From NCBI GenBank assembly GCA_963816355.1, contig CAWFKH010000003.1:896001-960000 (forward strand): a stretch of DNA of 64,000 nucleotides. The letters run 5' to 3'. The position numbers and the translations under genes were made by a program. The notes under the pieces are model-generated. The model was not told the origin of the DNA. It saw nothing but the letters and a program-made list of their open reading frames with translations, and did not search any database. Numbering within the stretch: position 1 is the first letter of the stretch; each line of letters opens with the position of its first letter. The DNA is from an uncultured Gemmatimonadales bacterium (lineage in GTDB: Bacteria; Gemmatimonadota; Gemmatimonadetes; Longimicrobiales; RSA9). Below are positions 8,910 to 18,608 of this stretch, piece after piece.

Positions 8910-11651
8910 TCACTCGGCGCGAAGCGCGCGGGCGGGATCGACGCGCGAGGCCCGGCGCGCGGGCAGGACGCAGGCGAGGATCGCGGAGGCGAGCAGCGTC
9001 GCCCCGACGAGCAGGTAGACGCGCGGGTCGCGGGGCGACGCGTCGAAGAGCATGTCGCCGAGGCGCGGCGCGGCGGCGAAGGCGAGCAGCAGGCCGAGCG
9101 CGATGCCGCCGCCGGCCAGCGCGATGCCCCGGCGCAGCACGAGCGAGACGATGCGGCCCGGCGTGGCGCCGAGCGCCTGGCGCACGCCCATCTCGCGCGT
9201 GCGCGAGGCCACCATGTAGGCGATCAGGCTGTACAGCCCCACGGCGGCGATGAGCAGCGCGAGCGCGCCGAACAGGCCGACCAGTGTGGCGCCGAGCCGC
9301 CACGGCTGGAGCTGCGGATCGAGCGAGTCGGACAGACGCTCGACGTCGATCCACAGCACGGACGGGTCGACGCCGGCGAGCGAGGAGCGGATCGTGCCGA
9401 TCGCGTCCGCGGCCGGGCCGCGCGGGCGCACGAGCAGCGTGGTGCCGCCCATGCCGCGTTCCTGCCCGAACGGGACGTAGTACTGCATGGCGGGGCGCTC
9501 GCGCAGCTCGAAGCGGTGCGCGTCCTCGACCACGCCGACGACGCGCGCGCACGGCGGCTCCTCCGGCCCGTCACCGGGACCAGTGCGCAGGCAGTGGCGG
9601 AGTGCGGAGCCGTCCGGCCACAGCGTGCGAGCCATCGTCCGGCTCACGATCGCGACCGGCTCGCTGCCGGCGCGGTCGCCCGTCTCGAAGCGGCGCCCCT
9701 CCAGCAGCTTCAGCCCGACCGTGCGGAAGTAGCCGTCCGTGACCGCCTGGATGTAGGGGCCACCGCCGGGCAGGCGCGGGATCGAATCGATTCCGGGGAT
9801 GCGCAGCTTCTGCGAGAAACGCGAGCGGAACGGCGCGCCGATGGTGAGCGCCACGGCTTCCACTCCGGGCAGCGCCCGCGCGCGCTCGAGCGCCGGCGGA
9901 TAGAAGCGCGCGCGCTGCGCCTTGTGCAGCGCGATCGACTCGTCCAGCGACAGACCGTCGGTGTCGAGCCGCGGCCAGTCGGCGGAGACCGCGAGCACGC
10001 GCTCCGGCTCGACGCCCAGGTCGACAGCGCGCGCGTTGCGAAGGCTTCTCACGAACAGCCCCGCGCCCACCAGCAGCAGCACCGAGAACGCGGCCTGTGC
10101 CACGGCGAGCGTCGAGTGCAATCGGGAGCCGCGCTCCCCGCCGTCGCGCGCGTCGCCGCGCAGCGCGTCGCGTAGCGAGCCCCTCCCCACCTGCAAGATC
10201 GGCAGCAACCCGGTCGCCACGCCCACGAGCAGCGTCAGCCCCGCCGCCACCAGCAGCACGCGGGCGTCCAGCGGGGATGCGGTCCACGCCACGTCCGGCA
10301 GCAGTGCCGAGCGCACGAGGCGTCCCGCGAACGGCACCACCGCCAGCGCGGCCGCGCCCCCGAGCAACGCCAGCAGCAGGCTGTGCGCGAGCAGCAGTCG
10401 GAACAGCCTGCCGCGCGGGATGCCCAGCGCCAACCGCACGGCGATCTCGCGCCGCTTCCTTATCGCACGCGCCAGCAGCAGGTTGGCCACGTTGGCGCAC
10501 GCCACCAGCAGCACGATCAGCGACACGCCGACCAGCCAGCGCGCCACCGTGACGCGCAGCGCCTCGCGACCCTCCTCGTCGAACCAGATCGGGTCCGCCG
10601 CTACCCGCATCGACTTGACCACCGCACTGTCCCCCGTGTAGGCGGCGCGAAACGCACGCGTCGCATCCGCCGAGGCTTGCTCGGGCGTGACACCGGGCTT
10701 CAACCGCGCCACGACCTTCAGCCACTGGGCGTCCCACGACGTGGGCCAGTCCTGCGCGACCGTCGCGCTGCGGTACGACATCGGGATCCACGCGTCCACC
10801 CGCTCCAGCTCGACGCCCGTGAACCCCGCCGGCGCCACGCCCTCCACCGTGTAGGCGACGCCGTCGATCGAGACGCGCCGTCCGATCACGTCCGCGTCGC
10901 CGCCGAAACGACGTCGCCACAGACCGTTCCCCAGCACGACGACCGCACGCGCATCGCCCGGCCGATCCTCGACCTCGCCGTAGAAACGGCCCAGCGCCGG
11001 TTTCACGCCCAACGTGGGGAAGAAGTCCCACGTCGCCGCCGCCGTGCGGATCCTGCCCGCCGACTCGCCCCGGCCGATCGTCGCGTCGAGGACGTACGTA
11101 TGCGCCGCCACCCCGGCGAAGGAGCGCGTGCGGTCCCGCACCGCGACGTACGCCACGTAGCCCAGCGTCGCCGCCGTGAACCGCCCCTGCCCCGGCACGT
11201 CCGCCGAGTAGTAGATCCGCGTCACCCGATCCGGCGCCACGACGTGCTCCGGACCGCGCAGCAGCAGACGGTCCAGGATGCCGAACATCGCCGCGTTCGC
11301 GCCCACCCCGAGCGCGATCACCACCACCACTATCGCCGTCAGCCCCGGCTCGCCCGCGAGCGAGCGCGCCGCCTGTCGCACGTCCTGCCACAGACCCTCG
11401 ATCCGCTCCCGCACGCCAAGCCTCCGCTCCCTTTGTAGTGCATGCCGCATCAGCCCGCGCCGCGTCTCCGGCGTGGCTCCGAAACGACGCTCCGCCTCCG
11501 CACGCGCGGCCTGCGGTGAGAAGCCGCGCGCCTCGAGCTGCTCCGCGCGCAGCGCGATGTGCGCCTCGATCTCCTCCGCCGTCTCCCGCTCGATCACGTC
11601 CCACCGCCGCACGCCGAGCTTGAACAGGCGACGGATCCCGGGCCGAATCAC
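8910..11651 (-). CDS. Duplicated MacB/FtsX-type ABC permease (ADOP family)
   Basis: AEAERRFG prefix; ALGVGANAAMF; LLVACANVANLLLARA..R.REIAVRLALG; RTREMGVRQALGA; PARRASRVDP. GTG start behind GGAGG. Confidence 0.95.
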   Translation of the reverse strand: MIRPGIRRLFKLGVRRWDVIERETAEEIEAHIALRAEQLEARGFSPQAARAEAERRFGATPETRRGLMRHALQRERRLGVRERIEGLWQDVRQAARSLAGEPGLTAIVVVVIALGVGANAAMFGILDRLLLRGPEHVVAPDRVTRIYYSADVPGQGRFTAATLGYVAYVAVRDRTRSFAGVAAHTYVLDATIGRGESAGRIRTAAATWDFFPTLGVKPALGRFYGEVEDRPGDARAVVVLGNGLWRRRFGGDADVIGRRVSIDGVAYTVEGVAPAGFTGVELERVDAWIPMSYRSATVAQDWPTSWDAQWLKVVARLKPGVTPEQASADATRAFRAAYTGDSAVVKSMRVAADPIWFDEEGREALRVTVARWLVGVSLIVLLVACANVANLLLARAIRKRREIAVRLALGIPRGRLFRLLLAHSLLLALLGGAAALAVVPFAGRLVRSALLPDVAWTASPLDARVLLVAAGLTLLVGVATGLLPILQVGRGSLRDALRGDARDGGERGSRLHSTLAVAQAAFSVLLLVGAGLFVRSLRNARAVDLGVEPERVLAVSADWPRLDTDGLSLDESIALHKAQRARFYPPALERARALPGVEAVALTIGAPFRSRFSQKLRIPGIDSIPRLPGGGPYIQAVTDGYFRTVGLKLLEGRRFETGDRAGSEPVAIVSRTMARTLWPDGSALRHCLRTGPGDGPEEPPCARVVGVVEDAHRFELRERPAMQYYVPFGQERGMGGTTLLVRPRGPAADAIGTIRSSLAGVDPSVLWIDVERLSDSLDPQLQPWRLGATLVGLFGALALLIAAVGLYSLIAYMVASRTREMGVRQALGATPGRIVSLVLRRGIALAGGGIALGLLLAFAAAPRLGDMLFDASPRDPRVYLLVGATLLASAILACVLPARRASRVDPARALRAE

Positions 11652-11685
11652 CGGCCCCTCCGTGCGCGTCTCACGCAAGCCGCCT

Positions 11686-12021
11686 TCACGCCTTCACCGA
11701 CGCGGTCAGGATCCCCCTCACCAGCTCGCCGTAGCGCACCAGCTTCTCCGTCTCCTCCGCCAGGTGCGCCTTGCCCTTCCGCGTGACCGTGTAGTAGCGC
11801 GCCTTTCGGTTGTTGTCGCTGACCCCCCAATCCGCCTCCACCAGCCCGCGCTCCTCCATGCGGTAGAGCGCCTGGTAGATCGCCGAGTCGTCGAAGCTGA
11901 GCTCGCCGCCCGAGCGCTCCTCGAGCCAGTTCGTGATCTCCAGCCCGTGCATCGGCGTCCACGCCAGCGCCTTCAGCACGAGCAGGTCGAGGGTCCCCTT
12001 GATGAGCGGCAGTGCGGGCAT
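11686..12021 (-). CDS. PadR-family regulator (type associated with ADOP permeases)
   Basis: LIKGTLDLLVLKAL...MHG, IYQALYRME, WGVSDNNRKARYY. Confidence 0.95.
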   Translation of the reverse strand: MPALPLIKGTLDLLVLKALAWTPMHGLEITNWLEERSGGELSFDDSAIYQALYRMEERGLVEADWGVSDNNRKARYYTVTRKGKAHLAEETEKLVRYGELVRGILTASVKA

Positions 12022-12056
12022 GATCGGGCGTCCCCGGGTTTAGAGTTTCTATTGAG

Positions 12057-12086
12057 AGTCTAAATTGTCGAGCGGGAGGAAGTCAA
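12057..12086 (-). promoter_or_regulatory. Sigma70-like promoter of padR
   Basis: Minus strand TTGACT-18 nt-TAGACT. Confidence 0.5.
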
Positions 12087-12177
12087 TGGGGGTGAGCGCG
12101 AGTCTGCGGTTGAACTGCTGCACGTCTGACGCGGAGCGCGGAGGGCGCGGGGGAAGGATTACTACGTCAAGGCAGCG

Positions 12178-12495
12178 TCACGGGACGACCGTCAACACTC
12201 TCGAGTCCGGCGGCTCAATGACCGGGACATCGGCCGACCGCACGTCGGCCGCATCCAGCGGCGCACGCGTGCCGTTAGGCGTGCCGCCTTCGCCGGCCGG
12301 ACCGAACAGCGAGACGCCTGCTGGCCGCGAGCGCGGGTCGTGGCGGAGCTGGTGACGAATCCCGTCGAAGCCGTGAGAGCGGAACGCGGCGGCCCAGCGA
12401 CGGGGGAGGTCGTACGGCACCATGGTCACGAGCTCCTGCGTGATGCCGTACGCGCCGGCTGCCTTGCGCGTGACCGCGGCGAGACGGGCGCGGGG
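12178..12495 (-). pseudogene. RES-domain protein, C-terminal remnant
   Basis: YGITQELVTMVPYDLPRRWAAAF...GFDGIRHQLRHDP....VSLFG; N-terminus absent. Confidence 0.65.
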
Positions 12496-12674
12496 GGCGC
12501 CAGACGACGGGTTAGGATCCCGGGTAGTCCCTGCCGCACGGCCGTGAGGTCTAGCAGCTCCTGGCGCACGGCGGGGACGCTCTGCCGGAGCCACGCGGTC
12601 AGGATGGTGCGGTTCAGCGCCAGCACACTGGAAGGGCGACGCTCTCGGAGATGCTCCCGCGTCGTGAAGCGCGC

Positions 12675-13745
12675 TCAGCGCGGATGCGGATACGGATAGC
12701 GCTCCAGCCACTGAAGGTCGTCGTCGTCCACGCGCACCAGGTAGACGGAGCGCGTGCCGAATGCCACGAGCCGGCGGCTGGGCGGCAGGGTGAGGGTCCG
12801 CCGGCGCTCGCCGTCGGGTCCGAACACGTCGACCGTCACGGCGCGGTCGTTCCAGCGGTGCGAACGGCTCACCCAAACGTCGCCGTTGGGTGCCGCCACG
12901 ATCCCGGTGGGGTCGAATGCCGGCAGTCGATCGGGGTATTCCCACGCACGGCGTCGCGCCTGGGACGCGCTCGATCCGCCGCCGCCTCCGGAGAACGTGC
13001 CCGACGCGCCTCGCCGTCCGGGGCCGTCCCAGTAGGCGTCCATCTCGCCCTGGCCGAGTGGCAGACGGTCGATCGCGACCGGCCGGCCCGCGCGGGCACC
13101 GAACCAGCGCAGCCGGTAGGGTTCGTTCTCCACCAGGGCCACGCGGCCGTCCCACGTGACGGCCCAGCCGTCGCGCGGCAGGAACGGCCGCAGGATGCGC
13201 CGACGGGCGGGATCGCGCACGAGGAGGTCGCCGACGCTGTCGACGCCTGCGGCGCCCACCTGCCAGCGGAGGATCGCGCCGCGCACGGGCGGCGGCACCT
13301 GGGAGACCGTCGTCTCGAAGTAGAGGAAACCGTCCCGGTCGCCGCCCCGGGGGACGGAGACGCCTCGACCCGCGAACAGGGCGTCCGGGAGAGGGACGGT
13401 ACCCGCCGGACGCCCCGCGCGATCGAGCAGCAGCAGCCGGCGGTTGACGACGTCGTAGACGGCGAGCGTGTCGCCGGGGAGCCGCACCGGTCCGAACGGA
13501 CTCCGGTACTCGTTCGGGCCGCTGCCCGCCCGCGCGATCGGGGTCTCGGTACGGGCGGTGAGGTCGACGAGGGCGATCCGTCGTTCGTCCCCGTCCACCA
13601 CCACGATGCGGCCGTCGGGCAGTTCGCTCACACCGCTCACGCGCGTGAATCCTTTCGGCGCGATCGCTTCCGGCCGGCCGAACGGCTGCTGGAGCGGAAC
13701 GGCGGACACGAGGGTAGCGAGCAGCAATGCGGTAGATGCGATCAC
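12675..13745 (-). CDS. Secreted six-bladed beta-propeller-like protein
   Basis: Signal peptide; VSELPDGRIVVVD, RAGSGPNEYRSP, DTLAVYD, YLVRVDDDDLQWLERY. Confidence 0.85.
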   Translation of the reverse strand: MIASTALLLATLVSAVPLQQPFGRPEAIAPKGFTRVSGVSELPDGRIVVVDGDERRIALVDLTARTETPIARAGSGPNEYRSPFGPVRLPGDTLAVYDVVNRRLLLLDRAGRPAGTVPLPDALFAGRGVSVPRGGDRDGFLYFETTVSQVPPPVRGAILRWQVGAAGVDSVGDLLVRDPARRRILRPFLPRDGWAVTWDGRVALVENEPYRLRWFGARAGRPVAIDRLPLGQGEMDAYWDGPGRRGASGTFSGGGGGSSASQARRRAWEYPDRLPAFDPTGIVAAPNGDVWVSRSHRWNDRAVTVDVFGPDGERRRTLTLPPSRRLVAFGTRSVYLVRVDDDDLQWLERYPYPHPR

Positions 13746-14070
13746 GGCGATCCTGTTTCTTCACGACCGGCTGGCCCCCATTGGCGACGAACGCCCATCC
13801 GCAGTCCGGAGTGAGGTTGAGCGAGAGTCTGTCGGTCCAGCGCGTTCGAGCCGGTTCGGGGATATTGCCGGTGCCTGAAACAAACGCCAACTGGCTTTCG
13901 CCCGTGCTTTCGAGCGTGAAATCACCGGCAGGATGCGGTGTGTGGCATCGACGGGTCAAGGGTGCTGGCGCCGGGCGGGGCCGGGATGGACAGCTCGTCG
14001 CTGTGCTGTGTGGGGGCGGCGGCGCGGCCGGCGCGGACTCCGTGCGGGCCGCCGGGTCTCGCGTCCGCGT

Positions 14071-14436
14071 TCAGGCGCCGGGGGCGGCCACCGTGAGCAG
14101 GAAGGCGCCGCCCTCCTCGGAGCGCACGCTGTGGGGCACGCCGGGGCCCGCCGAGAGGAGCTGGCCCGGTGCCAGTTCGTAGTCGCGACCGCCTGCGGTG
14201 AAGCGGATGCGCCCCCGGATGGGCTGCACCGTTATGGGTCCCTCGGCCTGGTGCTCCGGGATCGCGCCTCCCGGCGCGAGCGCCACGACGGTGACGCGCA
14301 GCGCATCGCTCTTGAGGATCGTGCGGGCGTTGCGGCCGCTGCGCTCGAGCGGTGCCGGGTCGGCGGCGTGGTCGCGCTCCTCGTCGAGGTCGAAGACCAG
14401 CACGTCGCCGGAGAGGGGTCGGTCGATGGATGGCAT
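14071..14436 (-). CDS. Cupin-domain protein
   Basis: IPEHQAEGPITVQ..G.IRF, GVPHSV. Confidence 0.9.
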   Translation of the reverse strand: MPSIDRPLSGDVLVFDLDEERDHAADPAPLERSGRNARTILKSDALRVTVVALAPGGAIPEHQAEGPITVQPIRGRIRFTAGGRDYELAPGQLLSAGPGVPHSVRSEEGGAFLLTVAAPGA

Positions 14437-15386
14437 CAGGCTGCTCCCCCGGGCACGGTCTTCCAGACGCGGACGCGCCAGGTCTCCGGCCCCTCCTCGA
14501 GGTACTCCCAGCCGAACTCGCCCTCGTGCTCGAACTGGAACTGGTAGCGGAGCGGCTTCGGGTCGTGGTCGTTCACGAGCACAAAGGACTCGCCGGGCGC
14601 CAGCGCCGCGAAGGTCCGGAAGATCGTGGGATGCTTCTCCCGGGGCGGGATCACCCGCACGTCGAGGGTTCGCTGATCGGACATGGGCTCGGTCTCTCGT
14701 TTCTCCCGGGTTGGCGAGTCGGCGGCTCGCTGCGAGAGAGCCCGCCGGATGAAGACGCGCACCAGGTCGGGTTCCTGCTCCCGGACCTCGTGCGTGAAGC
14801 CCCGCTCCTCCAGCAGCGGGAGCAGGAAGCGCGGTACGCGGACGTTGATCTGGACCAGCGTCGCATCGGGTGGCAGCGACTCGAGGGCGGCGAGCGTGCG
14901 GACCATGGGCTCGGGCGGCTCCAGACCGCGCACATCGAGCACGACGACGTCGTCTTCGGCACCTGCGTCCGCGGCCTCGGCCTCCGCGGCGGACGAGGGC
15001 GACGCAGCGGTACTCGCCGCCCCCGCGTCCTCCGGCGCGTAGAACCAGACGCGCCAGTCGTCGGCCGCGAGGCGCTCGGTGTGGTGCGACAGTCCCTGCT
15101 TCGCCAGGACGGCGTAGAGCGGCACGGGCTCGAAGATGGCGCGCAGGCGCAGCGCGCCGCGGGGAGGCACGTCGCGCCGCGCCTCCATGACGCGGCTGAA
15201 CGGCTCGCGGCCGTTGCGCAGGTCCTCGCGCACGTCGAGGTCGATTACGCGGTCGGCCGGCAGCGCGGCAAGCGCGGGCGGCAGCGGCGCATTCGGGGCG
15301 CCGTCGGCCGGCGCCGGGATGGACTCGCCGTCGCGCCGCGCGCCGCCGGCGTTCAGCCGGCTCATCATCTCGTTGCGGATCACCAT
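14436..15386 (-). CDS. Protein with three DUF2249/TusA-like domains
   Basis: LDVREDLRNGREPFSRVM, LDVRGLEPPEPMVRTL and LDVRVIPPREKH...NDHDPKPL. Confidence 0.85.
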   Translation of the reverse strand: MVIRNEMMSRLNAGGARRDGESIPAPADGAPNAPLPPALAALPADRVIDLDVREDLRNGREPFSRVMEARRDVPPRGALRLRAIFEPVPLYAVLAKQGLSHHTERLAADDWRVWFYAPEDAGAASTAASPSSAAEAEAADAGAEDDVVVLDVRGLEPPEPMVRTLAALESLPPDATLVQINVRVPRFLLPLLEERGFTHEVREQEPDLVRVFIRRALSQRAADSPTREKRETEPMSDQRTLDVRVIPPREKHPTIFRTFAALAPGESFVLVNDHDPKPLRYQFQFEHEGEFGWEYLEEGPETWRVRVWKTVPGGAA

Positions 15387-15754
15387 GCTCCCTCCTGGAT
15401 CATGCCCGGGTGCCACGCCGGCTCCCAGACGAGGTTCGGCTCGACCTCGCGCACGCCCGGAACGCAGGACAGCGCGTCGCGGATGCCGCGCGTGATGTGC
15501 TCCTCCAAGGGGCAGCCCGGCGTGGTCAGGCTGTAGGTCACCGTGACGGTGCCGCCGTGGATGGCGAAGTCGTAGACCAGCCCGAGCGTGACGATGTCGA
15601 GGCCGATCTCGGGATCGATCACCATGCGCAGCGCGTCGCGCACGAGGGATTCGGACGGTCCGGCGGTCGCGGGCGACGCGGCGGCTCCGGCCGCGGGCGC
15701 GGCGTCGAGCCGGGAGAGGGCCGCGTCGTAACGGTCCGCGCTTTCATCGTTCAT
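15380..15754 (-). CDS. DUF59/SufT-like metal-sulfur cluster assembly factor
   Basis: VIDPEIGLDIVTLGLVYD, LTTPGCP, LVWEPAW. Confidence 0.92.
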   Translation of the reverse strand: MNDESADRYDAALSRLDAAPAAGAAASPATAGPSESLVRDALRMVIDPEIGLDIVTLGLVYDFAIHGGTVTVTYSLTTPGCPLEEHITRGIRDALSCVPGVREVEPNLVWEPAWHPGMIQEGAW

Positions 15755-17097
15755 GGCTTCGTCCTCGCGAGCTGGAGCATCTGGAACGCCTCCACCGTCA
15801 CGCCGGCGGCGAACGCGATGGCGGCCAGGCGCGCGAATCCAGGCGAGCCGGCCGCCACCGCGCCGGCCAGGCCGACGACGCCGGCGAGCAGCAGCGCGCC
15901 GGCCACGGCGGCCAGCCGCGCCGAATACAGCTCGGCGACGCGCGGCACCGGTCGCTTGCCCGCGAGCGGGCCGAACCGGTGATACCAGACGAGGAACGGC
16001 ACGATCTTGTAGTAGTGCGCCGCGACGAACAGGCTGAGGCCCAGCACCAGCGTCAGCACGTAGGCCGTCGCGACACGCGGCGCCGCCACGCCCGCGAGGA
16101 CCGGCGCCGCCAGCACGAGCGCCACGCCGAGCAGGGCGAGGGCCGCGGCCGCCAGGCGCATCCCGGGATCCAGCGCGGGGCGGTTGCCGTGCGCGTAGAA
16201 GCGCCGCGCCTGGATGAGGAAGCAGACGACGCCCGCGGCGATGAGCGCCCCCGGCAGCCAGCGGCTGAAGGGCGCGGACGCGTGGTGCAGCACGGCGAGT
16301 GTGCCCGCGCCCGAGGCGACGAGCGCCACCGCGGCGCGCGCGAAGCGGTCGCCGACGCCGTGGCTCAGCAGGAACATGGGCAGGAGGCGGTGCGCCACGC
16401 CGATGATCACCAGCAGCACCCAGCCGGCGAGCGCGACGTGGAGGTGCGTCGCCAGCGCGGTCAGCCGGTTCCCGCCCAGGTAGCCCCAGCGCAGATTCCC
16501 GGCGAGCGCCATTCCGAACACCAGCGTCACAAGCAGGAACACGTCGGCGCAGGCGAGGGCCCACCAGGTCACGTCCCTGCGCTTCGCGCGGACCAGCGTG
16601 CGGCCCAGGTTGGCCGCGAACAGGACGATGGCCGTGCCGAACGTCAACGCGCCCGCCAGCATTGCGTCCTTGTGGCCGGACAGCAGCCCCGCAACGAACA
16701 CGAGGAGCCCGGGCACGTAGAGCGCAAACGTCGCGTGGGCCATTCGCCGGGACCGGATCGGCTCGCCCAGCGCCACGGGCAGGAACTGGTACAGCGCACC
16801 CATGATCGAGGTGGTGATCCAGCCCAGCGTGAACAGGTGGGTGACGCCCACCACCCGCGGCGACGGGTAGAAGCCGGAGGCCAGCAGCGGCGCCGCCACC
16901 ACCAGCCCCGCGGCGCCCAGCAGCAGGAACATCAGCGCGGCCGCGAAATGCTCGCCCGGCAGCCGGAAGGGCGGCGCGTTCCTGGCGGCCCGCCCGACGC
17001 CCGGGGCGGTCGGCGCGCCGGCGGGCCGGCGCGGCGGAGCCACCCGCGACGCCGCGCCCGGACCGGGGCCTTCCGCGGCTCGGGATTCCGTCAGCAT
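15751..17097 (-). CDS. Multi-pass membrane protein with conserved His (heme-copper oxidase/NnrS-like)
   Basis: About 12 TM segments; THLFTLGWIT..IMGALYQFLPV, HLHVALAGW, YKIVPFLVW. Confidence 0.8.
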   Translation of the reverse strand: MLTESRAAEGPGPGAASRVAPPRRPAGAPTAPGVGRAARNAPPFRLPGEHFAAALMFLLLGAAGLVVAAPLLASGFYPSPRVVGVTHLFTLGWITTSIMGALYQFLPVALGEPIRSRRMAHATFALYVPGLLVFVAGLLSGHKDAMLAGALTFGTAIVLFAANLGRTLVRAKRRDVTWWALACADVFLLVTLVFGMALAGNLRWGYLGGNRLTALATHLHVALAGWVLLVIIGVAHRLLPMFLLSHGVGDRFARAAVALVASGAGTLAVLHHASAPFSRWLPGALIAAGVVCFLIQARRFYAHGNRPALDPGMRLAAAALALLGVALVLAAPVLAGVAAPRVATAYVLTLVLGLSLFVAAHYYKIVPFLVWYHRFGPLAGKRPVPRVAELYSARLAAVAGALLLAGVVGLAGAVAAGSPGFARLAAIAFAAGVTVEAFQMLQLARTKP

Positions 17098-17750
17098 CCG
17101 CCCTCCGCCTCGTATGAGCAGGATGCATCGCCCGTGGGCATGTAGCGGATGCGCGTGAGACGCTCTCCGACGAGCTCGCGCACGAAGCCGATCTCGGCAC
17201 GGCAGGGGATCGTCGTCTCCTCGATGAGATCGCGGAACGGGCAGTGGCAGAGGCGGAGCCGCGCGTGCCCGCCCCGGTCCTCCACCACCGCCATGAAGCC
17301 CTGTTCCGAGAGGATGCTCGCGGCCTCCTCCAGCCGCTCGCGCCCCTCCAGGTCCTCCACCCGCGCCAGCGCCTCGCCGCGCCGCGCCTCGATGAGCCGG
17401 TCGAAGAAGGAGCGCAGCACCTCCTCGTGCCCCGACTCCCTCAGATGCGACGCCAGCCCGCGCAGCAGCTCGGCCTCCCGCCGGGGAAACAGCTTCTCGG
17501 CCTCGTCGCCCAGCGCGTACACCACCTCCGGGCGACCGGGCCCGCTGCTGCGCGTGCCCTCGCGCCGGACCAGCCCCTGCGACGCCAGGCTCTTCACATG
17601 CCCGCGCACCGTCTCCACGTTCAGCCCGACCCGCTCGGCGAGCACCGGGATCGTCGCGCTGCCCAGCCGCTTCAGCACGGACAGGATCGCGCGCCGGCTC
17701 TCACCGAGCCCCGGCGCCTCCAGCCCGGGACGACGACGACGGCCCGCCAC
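17091..17750 (-). CDS. SufR-like HTH metalloregulator
   Basis: HTH (LAERVGLNVETVRGHV..L...GLV), GRP..VY, CHCPF, PCRAE, C-terminal C. Confidence 0.88.
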   Translation of the reverse strand: MAGRRRRPGLEAPGLGESRRAILSVLKRLGSATIPVLAERVGLNVETVRGHVKSLASQGLVRREGTRSSGPGRPEVVYALGDEAEKLFPRREAELLRGLASHLRESGHEEVLRSFFDRLIEARRGEALARVEDLEGRERLEEAASILSEQGFMAVVEDRGGHARLRLCHCPFRDLIEETTIPCRAEIGFVRELVGERLTRIRYMPTGDASCSYEAEGGC

Positions 17751-17752
17751 GC

Positions 17753-18499
17753 CTACGCCTCCGCCGCTCCACCCGTCGAGCCCGCCAGCACCCGCGCGCG
17801 CGGAAACAGCACGTTGTTCTCCAGGTGGACGTGCCGGTGCAGGTCCGCCTCGAACTCCGCCAGCTTGGCGTACAGCGCGCGGTACGTGTTGCACGCGTCC
17901 GCCGGCGCGGCAAAGTCCGCGCTCAGCTCGCGGACCCGGCGCATGATGTCGCCCGCCCGCTCGTGGTCGTCCTCCAGCCCGGCCAGCGGCGCCACCACCG
18001 AGTCGGGCGACGACGACGCTCCGGCCGCGTCGCCCGCCGACACCAGCCGGGCCACCGCCGGGAAGAGCACCCGCTCCTCCTCCTCCAGGTGCTCCGTCAG
18101 CGCCGCGGCCAGTTCCGCCACCAGACGGCGGATCTCCCCCAGCTCCGGATGACGCTCGCCGTGAACCCTCGCCACCTTGTCAGAGAACTGCAGGAGCGCC
18201 GGCAGCGCATCACGCACGTAGTCGTGGTGCACCGCCACGATGTGCTCCGCCAGCACGTCCAGCTCCCAGTCCCGTGGGTCCGGCTCCTCCGCTCCGCTCC
18301 AGCCGTCCGACGCCGCCAGCGCCCGCTCCAGCTCCGCCCAGGCGACGCCGCTCTTCTCGCACGTCGCGCGCACGCCGACACCGCCGCCACAGCAGAAGTC
18401 GATGCCGAACCGCTGGAACACCGCCGCCCGCCGGTAGTCCTCCGCCACCAGCTCGCCGACCGTGCGGCTGCCGAGTCCCTCGTCCGCCACGTGCGCCAT
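17753..18499 (-). CDS. ric: Iron-sulfur cluster repair di-iron protein (Ric/YtfE/ScdA)
   Basis: GIDFCCGG, HHDY, H..EEE.VLFP, ACNTYR, HVHLENNVLFP. Confidence 0.95.
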   Translation of the reverse strand: MAHVADEGLGSRTVGELVAEDYRRAAVFQRFGIDFCCGGGVGVRATCEKSGVAWAELERALAASDGWSGAEEPDPRDWELDVLAEHIVAVHHDYVRDALPALLQFSDKVARVHGERHPELGEIRRLVAELAAALTEHLEEEERVLFPAVARLVSAGDAAGASSSPDSVVAPLAGLEDDHERAGDIMRRVRELSADFAAPADACNTYRALYAKLAEFEADLHRHVHLENNVLFPRARVLAGSTGGAAEA

Positions 18500-18608
18500 C
18501 TGCTCCTCCGGGGTCTGCCATGCCGCGTCGTCGCGGCCGTGGTGAATGCATCGTGCTGTCTCAGGATGCGCGGGCGCGGGCTATTTGGCAAGGGATTCAC
18601 CATGACAA

